Shown here piece by piece: positions 1-14,132 of a stretch of DNA of 64,000 nucleotides; position 1 is the stretch's first letter, and each line of letters opens with the position of its first letter. This stretch comes from Phoronis australis (Eukaryota; Animalia; Phoronida). Made by a program: the position numbers and the translations under genes. The DNA lies in assembly GCA_002633005.1 (NCBI GenBank), contig NMRA01000690.1:130365-194364 (forward strand). Direction: 5' to 3'. The notes below the pieces were generated by a model. The model was not told the origin of the DNA. It ran no database searches and saw only the letters and a program-made list of their open reading frames with translations.

Positions 1-524
1 TGTCGAAAACCCGGAAGTGCGAGAAGAAAAGGCAGAATGCAGCCCCAATCCCGGATTCGAAGGGAGCGGTGTGAAAGCTGATTTCACTCCCCCTCCTAAC
101 GGCATCGATGTGGCCTTTGAGAACGGTGTGAACGCAGTCATATATGGTTGGAATCGTGTTGCAACGCCAGGCGCCCCGTTGGCGCTTCGCATCTGTATCT
201 GCTGCTGGGCGATAATCGTGTCTTGGGCTGACAAAAAATGTTCGATAGCTTTAACGAGATCTCCGTTGCAACCCTGAAGCACGAGTTCTAGAACACTCCG
301 TTTTTGTAACGGAAATATTCTTTCTAATATTTCTATACTGTTCAGACGACCAGGTCGAAACGCGGTTGGTAGAGCTGATGGATGACTGGTCTTGGAAACG
401 GGTATAGTCTTTTTAGGAACATCTGTAGTTTCACACAAGTTTTCTCCATTTTTTTGTCCGATTGATGGCACTGTGTCGAGTCTCTCCGTGCGATTTTCGT
501 CGTCCGAATGCAAAGACACGTCAT
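1..524 (-). CDS. Dmrt93B: Dmrt93B/DMRTA-type transcription factor, coding exon 2 (DMA domain); continues beyond window start
   Basis: Acceptor ttttacag| ends at 525, phase 1, matching exon 1. Frame is open to base 1: DDVSLHSDDENR...RPGRLNSIEILERIFPLQKRSVLELVLQGCNGDLVKAIEHFLSAQD...KSAFTP...LHSAFS. The central part is a typical DMA domain, followed by SAF motifs. Confidence 0.93.
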
Positions 525-941
525 CTGTAAAATAAACATAATTTTAAATCACACTTAAAAGTGCTGAAATCCACAATATGCGCCGAAGACAATTATTTCG
601 ATCCTGATAAACAGATTCATTCTGTGAAAGCTTGGATTTTTTATAATTTAGACTTGTCAAATTTACAAAAACTTTATACTTGCGAATCCTGGAATCCCTC
701 GTTGTTAACTAAAGGTTTTAATTATATATTACATATTTTACGTCTTCTTCTTTAATTTTGGTTTACTCGGTCATTCCAACCAGCATTTCGAAAACATAAA
801 TTGGACGCTAACTATGACGGAATTGCATGATGTTTTAACAAAATGTAAATTAAGATACATGTCACTACTAGACATTTCAGACCTCACGTAAGACGAGGCA
901 TATTTTTTGGTGAGCCCAAGACAGTAACCAGTTTGTTTCAA

Positions 942-1219
942 TTTCAAAAACAAACACCGATCGGACAGCTTGGTTTAACCAAGCCGATCGCGGTAATCCG
1001 GATTTTTACCGCCGGACAGTCAACCAGAGATGTTTGTTGGGTGTCAGTCTTGACAGATTTTAAGAGCAAACTGCGTAAACCCATCTCGCCGAAACACACG
1101 CGCCGCGAGACGCCGCTGTTTCGATGACTGGTGTGTTTTGTTTGAAAACAGGAGCGAGAAAAATTTAGCGGACTCCGCGGGTCGCTAAGATTTGTGTTTC
1201 AATCGGTGTTGTTTTTAAA
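942..1219. repeat. Fold-back element with terminal inverted repeats and several internal hairpins, in the Dmrt intron
   Basis: Left TTTCAAAAACAAACACCGAT versus reverse complement of right end TTTAAAAACAACACCGAT. Internal stems at 958-990, 990-1012, 1090-1123 and 1165-1188. Confidence 0.55.
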
Positions 1220-4200
1220 CTCAAGTCGAGAATTTGTCTTGCTGGAATGTAAACGCTTACGAAGACTTTGTTTAAGCACGTGTTCATTGACTCCAAATTG
1301 TTCAGATTTTTGTATAAATTGTACCAATTAGATATATTATTTCACGTGAAGCACACATAAGTGTCACCAACCGCAGGAAGGTAGACTTTAGTTAATTACA
1401 ACAAATTATTTGAAGACAAAATCATGTTAACTATATCATATTATATCGCTTAACGTAAGTGTCGCAATTTATCAAATGTTTGTTTAGATTTCCACTACAT
1501 AAAACAATTTGGAAATGATGAAAGGTGAGCAAACATGCTAGTGTTCAGATGCATATTTAAGTCCATTAAAGTCATTCAAGGTTGAAGGATCGGAAGGTAT
1601 TTTGTTTTAGGAACTGAGGAGGAAGACCTACAAATACATAACGCCAGAAATGTGGGTTGTTTTTCTAATTCGCATTCACGCTAATATTCTTGAACATAAT
1701 AGACTATAAAGTAGGAGATTTAAATATCCAAGAAATTATCCGGAATATTAAAGTAGTGGAATTATTTCGTCTTTTCCTCAGCAATGTCAAGTATAAAAAA
1801 CGTCAATATGTTTTAACCTGCGAAATACTAGTGGCGATTAATCACAGTACAGTTCACATGTATTTACACAACTTGTAACTTGTTTTAAAGTTTTCAACAT
1901 TGTTTGCGGAGAGTCATTCAGAAAACGGAAAATCCCCTCAGAAGTTCATTGCTTTTTTGCAAAATGTTCGTAAATTGGCATCGACGTTTTGGAATTTGAA
2001 ATCATCGAATGATTCGTTTTCAAAGGCTGGCGGTCTAATTACCGTCTGATTTATTGTATTTATTGTACTGTAGTTTTGTTGTTCGTGTTTTGACCTGACG
2101 ATACTGTAGCGCCAGAGCGGAACTAAAACGTCAACCTGTTTCCGTAAGTAATGAATATCTTGCAATTTAACCCATGATGACAATGCAAATATTAAATAGC
2201 CCTCCATAGAAATGGCAATGTTGAAAAAATGGACGTGAAATTTAATTCGACGTTTGTACAATGCAACCACCATAACTGGTCTCAATCGATTCTTAAACCA
2301 ATTCACTGGTGATTTTGAAACTGAAATGCAGAAGAAATGATGCAAAAAGGAGAAAACCTTGCCATAGTTCAAGACATTGCTAATTCACAAGAATATCTAA
2401 AATATTTGGCTCGCTTGCAGTAACCTGCGGATCATTTTCAGCTTTTTCTTGCGGTTTAGTGAGCACTTGTTAGTTTGTGTAACCGCCAAGTGGCAACACC
2501 GCCTATTTTAGTTGATGTTTTCCTTCACATCCAATGTAAACAACAAACATAATCGTTGTCAATTAACTAATGTGTAGATGACGTTAACGTGAAACAATTC
2601 ACTTTCCTGCTGCGACGCCAAGATGTTGAGCCAGCAACGTTGATTTAGTGGGTAATGGATACATTGACGCTTATTGTTTGGTAACCTTTCTTATTTTTTC
2701 CTGCTTAATTTTCCTAAAATATCCCACATTAGGCAACTTTCATGTACTCATGTTGACTCACTTTTCAAACTATTGATATGTTTCCAATTTTACGAAGTAA
2801 ACACTTTTTGTTTTGATCCTTTTTGATTGTGATTATGGACTTCGAGATGACACGTGAGCTTCTCTCGCGCGTCTTCCTAGAAACGATCAATTGGAGGCGG
2901 ACAACTGACAAGGCGACTTGTGATTTCAAAATTATACAATTTCGAAATACAAAATTTGATACCACTTCAAGCTATTCCCGTAAAATAGGTACGATATTTT
3001 ATGATAAAAAGTTTTCACCAAAAAAGCAAACATTTATTTTAAAGCCTGTTTATTTCTGCAGTCGTTTTACAACGATAAGTAAAACAAAAATGTCACTTCT
3101 GTGACATCGATATTCCGTTTTGTGCAGTCTTAAACTTTCCCAGTCTTTGAATGTAAATTGTGATGACTTATTTATGATTCATCTATGTACTACCCAGTCG
3201 CATATCTATGTGACTGCCAGGGTTGTTAACTGACGCCTATCCAAAGTTTGAAATACATCTTTCTAAACAAATTGAGATTTTAAAATCTGTTCCCTACGAT
3301 CAGTGTTAAATTTCAATGGGTGTTCCTTCGGCACGTCCACTCTTATAACCTCAAAAGTTTGATATTGCAATGCAGAACAAGGAAAGCATTCGCTAAATTG
3401 AATCTCATTAAAACTAAGTCAAAACTTGTAATCTTGTTTCATTACATGTTAATTCAAACTGTGTTTTTATTAGATAGTGAACGCCTTTCACGGCCGTATC
3501 TACTCAACAAGACAAGCAAACAGATTCCAAAAACACAATGCCCGCTTGAAAGTATATTTGTTTCTATTACTCAGCCTAACCCCTTTTGTTTACATCGCCA
3601 AATATGATCCCTGTTGTTGATAATCGGGTTAGCTTGCGCACAGCAAGTCGGAAATTGTCTGTTTAGATTCATTTGTTGATCAGATGACGTGGGTCTCAAC
3701 AGAAATGTTAAAGGCATTCTACGTGGTCGGGAAAATATTTTGTGCCCTAAAAACCATTCGCAAGATTTCAAATAGCTTCAAAACCAAGAAATTCATGAAA
3801 TGTATAATAACCAAATTCATTAAACATATTTCCCGTTTATTGGAGAGAACACATATAGATGTGCCGCACGCAAATAGTTTTCTTTATGACAAAATGTTTG
3901 CGAGATTTCATGAAATAATTTGTCAGGTTTAATTAATCTTAAATGAATGAATATCGTGAATCACATCTGACCCCAAACCGACGAACTACAAAAGAGGTGC
4001 TATTCTGGTTTTAACCGCGCTTGTCGTCCAATAGCTTTTGTTTACATTAGCAACTCAAATCGCCTTGTGCTGTCATGGACCATTTTACGAATGATGAAAA
4101 GAATTTCAAGTCTCTTTAATTTTGTTTAATTATTTGATTACCGGTATCAGGTAAAAAGGTTGTAACTGTTTACAACTCCGAAGATTGACAGTGACGTTGC

Positions 4201-4276
4201 ATTTTTAGTCTTGCTGTAACAGTTTTTTTACACACTGTACAATTTAAAATACATTTATATTCGCGGGTTGCCTTAC

Positions 4277-4649
4277 CTTCACTGTCGTTGTCGTCAACGT
4301 CCGTAACATCTTGAGAGTTCTTCTGCGCCGGTGTCACCGTTCCGGGACCCCATAAAGGCCCGGGAGTTAGTATTGGCAGCCCGCCGCCCTCCGACGAGGA
4401 GGTGCACGCTCTCAGTCCCAAGGCAATGGCATCTTCCGCCGCCTGCTGTCGCTTCAGAGCGACCTGGGCCGCCATGACTCTTTGACGCTCGGCGATGAGA
4501 TTACATTTGGCACAGGCGCACTCCTTGAACTGACAATGTCTCTTGTGGCCCTTCAGCCATGACACGACTCCGTGGTTCCGGCATCTGGCACATTTTGGCT
4601 TTCTAGCCCCCTTTTCGGTCAATGGATACATTGCCCTCAGTGTGTTCAT
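4277..4649 (-). CDS. Dmrt93B: Dmrt93B/DMRTA-type transcription factor, coding exon 1 (DM DNA-binding domain)
   Basis: ATG at 4649 with an in-frame TAG two codons upstream. [63 protein letters not shown] is a DM domain; RKPKC, SWLKGH and ALKRQQ fit the Dmrt93B group as recalled. Donor GAAG|GTAAGG at 4277/4276, phase 1. Confidence 0.95.
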
Positions 4650-4854
4650 TTCCTAAGATTTAACTTGATGTTTTTCTCTCTTCTAAACTTGAATTATGGT
4701 TGCCAAATCAATGTCCCGCAAGTGGACTCCAGTGTTTGCTATCCGTGATACCTTATCCTATAATGCCAACATATCTCTTGCTTCCTTCTTTAAGAGAAAC
4801 ACGACCACCCAGTTTTGATTTGGTGTATCAATATCAGTTGTCATTTCGATTCCC

Positions 4855-4920
4855 ATTGGTCGTTTCTATTGCGAATCTACTATTTTTCTTACACGCGTCG
4901 TGATTGGTTAGTATGATTGG
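4855..4920 (-). promoter_or_regulatory. Cluster of three CCAAT boxes upstream of the Dmrt ATG (putative promoter)
   Basis: ATTGG on + (CCAAT on -) at 4855-4859, 4903-4907 and 4916-4920, 200-270 bp upstream of the start codon. Motif match only. Confidence 0.35.
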
Positions 4921-7280
4921 CCACTGCTTGCTGACTGGATTTAGTTTATGCACAGCAAAGACGTGCTGGGTAAACTCAGTAGACCTGGGTACATTTTTCT
5001 GTGTCAGGCAGTTATAACAAATATTGTTTTAACACCTGGAAAACAGACGGGCTTGCATCTTAAACAAAAATGACATAACACGTTATGTATCAAACTACGC
5101 ACCGTCAATCAGTTTCCTAAACTTTCTTATATTATTTTCAACCTGAGCGAGACGCCTAATCCTTCGTGTTAATAAACCTAGAGCATGCAGACTTTACTCA
5201 GCAGTCGACCGGCTCCAATTTTGTGTGTTTAAGTCGTAGAACTTGTAACAAATTGACGTATCGATGGCATTAGCTCTCGTATCGTTTCACTTTCTCAAAT
5301 TATTCAGTGTCGAGAGACAGTTGAGTGATTCTCATGCCGATATTCTTACAATCGATGCTCCCAGCTGATTCTTTGTATATAACAGTTGCTAAAACAGTGA
5401 CACTGTATTACGTTAGCTGAGATCGACTCCTAAGTATAATGGCTCTGTTTAAAAACAAAACCACTACGCTAATCTAAACTACAAACACCAAAACAGATTG
5501 CATTTAAAGGCGGCGCCCTAACATGTTTTTTGTATTGTGTGTTTTATATTGTTTTCGCAAAGTAAACTTTCGCTAGGAGTGGTCCGTTTGAAGCTGTGTT
5601 GTATCAAAGATTTACACGTCAGCTTATTTTTCAACATCCGAGACGATGATTAGCAATCGTTTGTTTAATATAATTTTCACAAAACGGAAAACAAGACAAG
5701 CCTCACGTACAAGAGTTGTAAAATAAAAAATATAAATCCAAAAATTGAGACACGTCGCTTTTGTTGACGAAAATCGATTTGCTCAAACAATAAATTGCAT
5801 ACGCGGGGAAATCGAAAAAATATGTTGCTGGGATACCATTATTCATGAGTTTTGTGTTAACGAAGGTCACCCACAATTCCACACCCGCAGTTTTGTGCAT
5901 TTGTTTAAGCACACCTCTATAAAGACTTACGTACATTCATTACCATTGTCACTGTCCTAGTGTTAATTTCATCCACAAATAGGTGTCAGGCACTATGTTT
6001 GGGCCTTTAGCCTCATTTTCAAAGCCCAAAAACCTGTAATTTCAAATTAAGATGAAAACAGGTTTGAAACTGTTGAACACACTTGTGATCTCTATGACGA
6101 ACATAATACAGTCGAGGAAATCTAGCAATCAGGTTGTTTTATTTCATAATTTAAATCTTTTCATTTGACAAATGGAAAATCGAAACATAACAAGACTCTC
6201 CATTCAAATGTTTACGTATCCCAAAACAACAGTCACATAATCTGTGGGCCTGGGATGTATACACGCGTTCAGGAAGAGTTGTCAACCATTTGAGGCTTGT
6301 ACCCTGTAGGTAATACCAATAATGTTTACCAGTAAGGTCTTTCACAGATCTTTCAACAAATTGTCGCAGCTAGACCGTACTTTGTACTTTGCAGAGACCT
6401 GTTTTGGTGCTTCTTAGAATTTTGATACAGCGTTTGTATACAAAACCACTAAACTGTTTTGGAATATAAGTCGTTTGTAGTAACCTATGCCGTGTAATGA
6501 TGTGAAACTAAAACAGAGTGTGGATTTTGTCCAACATTTTCAGTTGCAATGTGGTAGGCCTGGAAAGTAGGCCAATTTTTCGTAGAGAGAGACTAAATCT
6601 GGGGAACTTTTTTATTCCATTCGTGTACGTATTTGAACTAAGCACATCCAACTATATGGATGTCTAGTAATGACGTATCTGCCACCAATTATGATGTGAA
6701 TTGGACCCGCAAATAGGAACTCAAATGCACAATTACATTTTCAAAAGATTTGAAGGTATTGTATTTTTCCTATTCAGGTATCTACAGGACCATTTTTGCA
6801 CTTGAATTTTTTACCATTTTTTGTTTGGATTAATCAATGTGTTCTGACAACGTTGCACCAGCTTCTGGGGAGTTGAGAAGGATTAAGATTAATCAGGTCC
6901 ATAGCCAGGGAATAATTTTCTAAGTGATTAGCAATTAACCCCGCAACGTAAATCTGACCTAATTATTATTACCGTTTTCAGTTTTGGCATTTTAATTTTA
7001 TTTGACTTAGTCCAAATCGTAAAAACAATGAAGCTCATTCGCTTAGGTGTGAAGCACTTGACCAAAACACAATAAGTACAGTTGTATGTTATAGAATAGC
7101 ATATATGTGTGTGCGTATCTTGGCTATTTACTAATAGGCACCAACAATAAGCAAATGACAACGTAAACACAATTTGAGACATCCCCATGCACTGCGCATA
7201 GCCCCCTGTGCCTAGCTTGTGCGCTTATAAATTTGGGAGTAAAATTTTCTTTTCATTTTCCATTTGTCAGTTTTATTTAA

Positions 7281-7743
7281 GGTTACGCAGGACCTTATCG
7301 ACAAGTCTGTACATTTGGCCACATATCTAAAAAGTACAAATTTTATCTCAGTAAAAGCTTAATAAAAACTATCATCAATTGGTTATGGTTTTAATAAATT
7401 TACAAAAAACCGTACATTAATACCGAAACAGCTGTATCAATAACCTGATCAAATTTCATTTGATATGAATGTTCAACATGGAATCTCAGAATCGATGGTA
7501 CAGTATATTATCACTCTGTTTTTGTTTTATGTAACTTAATTAATTTCAAAAACATAAAACCCTATTTTTGATATCCTTCGTGCAAAAGTGGTACATTTTA
7601 AAAGCAATTCCTACATCGTTTTACAGCATAGTGTAAAAGCATAGTCTCTTGAAGTGTTTTCTAAGAATTTGATCAGTCATTTCTGAGATTTAGTGTTCCG
7701 AAGTCTGCCAAATTAGGACATTTTCTTGGGTTCCTAAATAACC
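7281..7743. mobile_element. TTAA-flanked MITE (Kolobok-like non-autonomous DNA transposon)
   Basis: TTAA|GGTTACGCAGGACC ... GGTTCCTAAATAACC|TTAA. A diverged inverted copy lies at about 19601-19885. Confidence 0.6.
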
Positions 7744-9516
7744 TTAACTTCTGAAACAAAGTCAGTCGGGTTCTTACAATTGCACTATGTACGAGGTGGG
7801 ACTCATAAGTTGTATATTTGGCCTGTCAAACCGTCTCAAACTTGTTTTGTCCTCGATTTGCTGTTTGAGATCGTAGTTTCGGTCTCCGAAAGCTCGTGCA
7901 GTCTCGCTTAACATTAATAATTTCAGCAATACAATGGCTGTCATCCGACTTGGTAAATATTTCCAGCAAACCGGAAAACATTGTAGCACAGAGTGACATT
8001 AGAGTGTTCTATTTAGTTAATCTTTACGGGAAGTTGTGCTCTAAACTAAACACGAATCGAACTTTTCCTCGAGCTAGGGTTCCACCATTTGCATATTTAG
8101 TTAATCGCCGATCATGCTTTGTGAAGTCTTTGGTGTCAATTACCAGTTGGACACTGGTATTTAAAATCGTTTACATTAAGCTTCCGTTGTAAAATACTAA
8201 AACTCGCAGGAAGCTGGCGGTAACTCAGTCGACTCTTATCAGGGATTTCAATAACGGGAAAATCACCACGTCTATATTATTATTTAATCGTATACAGCAC
8301 GTGAATTAGGAGACAGAAATTAACAAAGATCGTCGATAAAAAGAAATAGCATTTGATACGCTTACGTTAAGGATGTTTCTAAGATCGTATGAGAACTATA
8401 ATTCACCCATTTAGTTATTCATTGAAAAGACCTCTCGCACAGCCCTTTACAGTGAAATAATCAACGTGCTGGGTTTAAATAATCTCTGTCATCGCGAAAA
8501 CAAGTTGCATAATTTTTGCAGTCTTGATATTACATGAGCACAGAGCGTGACAAGCGCAAAAGACGAAATTTTTCAAGAACAAATATCTCCGTGGGGGATA
8601 TTTCACGAATTCTAAGACAAAGAACCGGCGAACTCTTCTAAGTGGGATTTACGCTTTACCCTGAAGCTCGACAACTTTCTGGACACACACACGCATTGTA
8701 TATACTGTAGGTTATTACGTTTAATTTGTTTCCGTCTATCTTACATATGATATTAGTTTTCGACGCGCTCGCCTGACAGAGATAAACCTTTTAGAGCGCC
8801 ACAGTTTAATGACTTTTAGACGAGGAAACGAGCGTGTATTCATTTCGGTAAACATTCGCGGGAAGAGGAAATGTAAGACATCCGAGTCAGTCATCTTTTT
8901 ATGAGCTTTTCATTTTCTTTGCATCAATTTCACTCTTTCATTATTTGTGTTTTTTAATTTCCCAAATGCGTTGCTTCTTTTTCAGATGGAGGTTGGCCAA
9001 GACGATGACCAATGAAACTAGTCGCATATAACACATCCTTGCAACTTTTATTTATTCTATTCAAAGTCGTGCGTTCCCATGATCCTGCAGAATTCTCCGC
9101 ATCAGTGCACACTTTGTCATCGTTACTTGTATTCCGCTTAGTCACGGTTTCCCATTTGACTTTACCTTGTTATAAATAAATAGCTTTGTGCCATTCCCAA
9201 ATTTAGATCTTAAGAGACATATTCTATGAACTCTTGCCTGTTGTCCTAATAGGCCGAGTGTATTAAAAACTCAAACACATGTCCAATCATCTTTGATGGG
9301 TTTTTGTTAATTGTTGCGCGGCATAAACTGAACTGTTCAGCAGTGGTTGCACTTGATTGACTCCGCCGGTTCCGCTGGGTTAACGGGCTAAGGCATTTGT
9401 CGATTGGTTTTCGGTGTCGAAGACGTCTTAGACCGCGGTTTACGTGGCGAAACCGACGAAGTTCAAGTGCAGACGAAATGGAAATGTGACGTTATGACGT
9501 CATTATCGTTATCCAG

Positions 9517-9660
9517 GGCTGCATTCCGTAACGCTAGGTCCTTGCAAGTTTGACTACGTAACACAATTCTTCGCAAGATATCGCCGTGCACAGCAAGCGC
9601 TCAACATGAATTCAGTAAGTTCACTCGCGAGTATGTTGCTTTACTACGGAACGGTTCAGC
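9517..9660. mobile_element. Left part of a Harbinger-like MITE (family of 38177 and 48930)
   Basis: CAG|GGCTGCATTCCGTAA terminus plus the internal TACGGAACGG motif related to the other copies. Right end not identified. Confidence 0.4.
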
Positions 9661-9700
9661 AAACCTGGTTGAAATGCGACTGAAGATTTGTGAGACTTAA

Positions 9701-11075
9701 AGGCCTATTCTGGTGCCAAAATAACTAGTATTTTTAAATCTAAAATATATGAAAAACATCAACATACGGTATCATAGCACACCCCAGTCATTAATTAAGT
9801 AGGCCAATTACTATACAGCAGCCCTATCACGAACCCTATTTAGCGCCAAAAAAGATTGAGATGACGTTCGCAGCAGTCGAACCCTGTGATATCATTTGGC
9901 TTTTACCGTGACTCCATTATAGAACGAAACGTCGGAGAGCGCACTTCAGATCTTGTAGACAGCCAGCTAGGTGTATGAAGACTATCGTCAAAATACAGCT
10001 AGGTGTTGAGCTCCGTTAGACCCCCAAATTACACACAGCCAGGGTAGTTCTGCCTGCCACCTTTACTTGAAACTTATGTCAATAGGTAGAGCTAACGACC
10101 CGCGCGGGTGCATGCAAAATCTGGGAGTCAACCGAAATTCACCTTGCGCGTTGCAGCCGTTTAAGTTAGAAACAATCTAATTGAAAAACGTTATTTTTGC
10201 ATAATTCTTTACCTTTTGTAACAAAGAAAAGTCTGTAGTTGTTTTGAAAACAACGCGCACGCGCCATCTCCTATAACTTTGCGACATCCCTAGGGAGATG
10301 AAAAACTTTTAACGAAGTGAAACCAGTGTTCCCATAATGTTGTGATATGAAGGCAGCCTAGTGGAAGAGAAGAACAGTTGATTGAAGAATCGGGGAAATA
10401 AACTGACCAATAGGTGACGCAATATTTCATGGCCCCAAAAGCCGACGCAAAAAGATCGCACCACAATTTTAGCAGCAGAATAACGGTAGAACGCCAATTT
10501 TCCAACCGATCGGTAAATTATTTATTTTACTCAAGGAAGAGTGTACTTTTTAATGACACTAACTTTTGTCAGATTTTATTTGGTCGGTTTTTACCCACAT
10601 TGGAACAAAGGTGTAGATTTAGTATACAACTTTGCACCAAGGCTAGAACAGATCTTGCTGCTCTTAGTATTTTGTCGCCAGTCCTTCCTCGTTGTGGACA
10701 CGAATCTATTTCATGCACGGCACATGACGGGATTGACGGGAAGTTGTATAAATGTATGCCATTGCCGCTTACACAGTTGCACCTTTACACCACGCAACGC
10801 GGCATTGTAGCCTACGTCCAAGAAATGACACTCAGCTGTTGCGCAGTGAGGTTTCGGGGACATATCGATGACACGATGAAGTCATATGTACCACTTTACG
10901 CTGATTGGTTGAGAATATCTCTGGGGCACTCGAAAGGGCTACGGTTTATGGGCTGTTTAAATTACGTCACAATTAATGACTTTCTGTGGTATGTAAGAAG
11001 CAAAAACAATATTTTATTTAAAAAATATTTGTATTTCTTTTGTCAAAAAAGTGTTTCGGTCGCTAGAGGATACCT
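9701..11075. mobile_element. Possible TTAA-flanked (Kolobok-like) non-autonomous element
   Basis: TTAA|AGGCCTATTCTGGTGCCAAAA ... TTTCGGTCGCTAGAGGATACCT|TTAA. TIR similarity is weak. Confidence 0.28.
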
Positions 11076-13130
11076 TTAAAACCTTGGCACGCAAGCACGA
11101 ATTTCCCTTGCCGTTTACTTTACCAGAATCAATGACGTCACACAATTGTGTTTTATTGCTTGCTTTACCAGGTGTTACTGTCAGTACGTGCTTGCATGGA
11201 TTAGCGCGGGATAGCTAACTAAAGATAGAAATGAACGCAAAATTACGGTTCAGGTTTACTTTAAGGCCACAGGCCGCATTCCCACACACGGGAAAATACG
11301 GATACCTCATACGTTCAAGAATTCTTCGCAGCTACCTCTTGTAAAAATTCATGTCATGTTTATTGCCTCCTATGAATGGTATTTTATATAAATATGACGG
11401 AAACCGTGTACATGAAATAAGTACTTTGATAGGCACTAGGCTTTTAATAACGATTCGATTGCGGGTATATGTGTAATTTCTTCTTGGTGAGCTGTAAATG
11501 TGTTTCACATGTGGGGCTGTCCGAAAGCACTTACGGAGGAGATAAACTGCGGCGTTAATATAGCTAATGGAAATAGCAGTGATATCAGTTTGTAAATCGT
11601 ATGATGACAGATCTACAATTGAAGGCACGCTTCAGGTGATTACGTACGGTGTGAATCTTAAAATTCTTTTCTCTCTTCATATGATTCTATGTGCTGTTCT
11701 TACAGCCCATACAGGTGGTGGTAACGAAGACAAAAGAGCGTAATCCGTGTTATGAAATTCAGAGAATTAGTTTGCAGTCAAATTTAGCTTAAACAAATGA
11801 ATTCAAAAGAAATATCTCTACATTCATTTTCTTCACGTATTTTCGTTGATATGTAAGCAGTAATTTTGTGCACAAATATTGTTTTGTTTGATCGGTACCA
11901 AAACCGTGATCTCAACTGCGCACCTGTTTATGCATTCAACAAAAAATAACAGCTTTGGTCTTACCCACAAACCAAGGGCACTCATGCGTGTTCAAATTAA
12001 ATTTCCTGATATTTCGTCTTAAATATTTTTACTTCTTGCTGTGTTTTCCCTGTGACTCTGACAAGTTTGGCATTGTGCGTTCTAAGCTTTGCGTCTCTTG
12101 TTTGTAAATTAGGACTGTCTTTGAAATAGATTTCATTTGGTCACCTAACATCGATATACATTTACGTTTCCGAGACACAGAAAGTTTTTTGATTCTCAAG
12201 AAATGATATTCAAATTAATTTAAACTTTGCTGTTTTAGGGCTCACGTGCGTATGTTCCCAACACTCTTCCCGGTTGGCAATTTGAGTAAGAGAATGTGAA
12301 AAGCAAATAGGCTTATGTTTGTACCTGTATGTGTGTGTGCCAAAAATGAATATTTTGATTTTTTGGAGTGGCACTTCGTCGTGTACATAAACAAGACCTC
12401 AAACTGTGCTCTGTTATACAGTTCACCATGTTTTCGTCACGTGGTACATGTTTATAGCACGCATGCGTCTGCGCCGTGACGAAAACCATTTGAGTGGAAT
12501 AGAAATGTCACATTAAAATTTGTTACTGTGGTGTCACCCGGATATTCTACATTTCTGAACCATTTTGTTTGATTGTGGTTCTGTAAAAAGAACATTAGAT
12601 GAGTGAGACATGAATGGAGCAACAATTACTGAATCTATATTTCGCCCTATTTGACTGGTTAAATGGCGAAGATAGAAGTAGCTCTTTTACTGTCATAAAA
12701 TCCGTCTCATAATATTCCATATCGTGGTAGGATTTTATTGCCGTTACCAACACGAACATCGAAACCATCAGCGGCTCAAGAAAACGCTTCAGAGGTTATT
12801 GGTTTTAGCCAATCCTACAATTCATTGCAAATTCGAAAAGGGTGCTTGTTCGCTTAGCCTTGGACTTGGTTGTTATCGGAAATGGAATCCTATCACGCTA
12901 TATTCGAGACCAATTTTGCATTTTCGTGTTAGGCACCTAAACAGGGAGAAATGAAAATGTTCCTAATCTAGAAGGTCCTGCGCCCAGTCGTAGTTAAGAC
13001 CGTCCTATCTTACTTTTTCCTGACGTGCGACAGTTCGTATCACGAAGACGGTTGTTGAGTGTTAACACGGACGACGGTACTATTTCCGTACGTTGCAATG
13101 TTCCGTCTCCATAAAAAGTAGCGTCGCACT

Positions 13131-13217
13131 CAGTGGCGGATTTAGAATGTTTGACAGGCAAAATCCTGGCTAATACTCTGTCCTGCCCCCCCATTCAAAA
13201 TCCTGGATCCACCCTTG
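13131..13217. mobile_element. Short CAGTGGCGGA-type MITE
   Basis: CAGTGGCGGATTTAG ... CTGGATCCACCCTTG. Shares the internal sequence TGACAGGCAAAATCCTG.CTAATACTCTG.CCTGCCCCCC with the copy at 18921. Confidence 0.6.
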
Positions 13218-14053
13218 TCACACGCACCTACGCGCCTCCGACCACTTTAGCCACGACATGTGACACAGCAGGTGACTGGAGATTGCAAGTGAAAACTCGA
13301 TTTTGTATCATGAAGTGACAAATAATTTAAAGCATTGGTTATTACGAAAATGGGTATTTATATCAGTGTGTAACAGGCAAGTAATGTCCTTACGTGTTAT
13401 TTTTTAGCAAATTCACAAAACAGTCAGTATGTTATCGAATTCCACTCATGATTTTCGCATAAATGTTTTCTTATTCTTTATTTCATATTTCTTTCGCAGA
13501 ACAAATACTTGGGGAAATGAAATACATCAATATTCTGATATTGTCGTTGGTTTTGAATCAAGCGTGTTTTCGTTATAACCAAGTGTTTATCGCCATCGTG
13601 ACGAACCATATGAATGTGTGTTGTTTTGTTATCTGGCTAAGTTTTTAAAGAATACATCTAACAATCACATAGATATTTAAGTTATCCTATAAAACAACAA
13701 TACAAACAAAACAGTATTTATTCGCACCAGAGTCATTGGGATAAATTAAGTTAATTACCGAAAGATTCACCCTGCCCGCGTGCTTGCTCGTAACAACGCG
13801 AGTGATAATTTCTAGGTTAATGAGCGACTCCAATGGTTTTTGACGCATGAAAACGAGACGGAATAACCGATTTGGATTTTGTTAATGGAAACATGTTGGA
13901 GTGCTCTAGGGCATGCGGTGCGCGCATTGCACCTAGACAACCTCTCTTTCTGGGTTACTTGGTCTCCACTGACCCTTTACCATCGAAGAACATACAGTGA
14001 GCCTCATCGCCAGCAACTTAGTCATTGCAATAAAAAGACTTGATTGTATAAAA

Positions 14054-14055
<2 letters not shown>

Positions 14056-14130
<75 letters not shown>
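14056..14130. repeat. (TG)n microsatellite, 75 bp, perfect
   Basis: Directly visible. Confidence 0.98.

Positions 14131-14132
<2 letters not shown>

Noticed and set aside
17-277. Plus-strand 86-aa ORF
   Set aside because: Antisense shadow of Dmrt exon 2.
1938-2372. 144-aa minus-strand ORF in the Dmrt intron
   Set aside because: Non-ATG start, no recognisable domain, and composition like AT-rich non-coding DNA.
4170-4276. Tail of the 159-aa Dmrt ORF (KATREYKC...)
   Set aside because: Intron read-through past a consensus GTAAGG donor; the spliced form gives the DMA domain.
10414-11079. Longest ORF in the window (221 aa)
   Set aside because: No motifs, non-ATG start, and it overlaps a probable MITE end.
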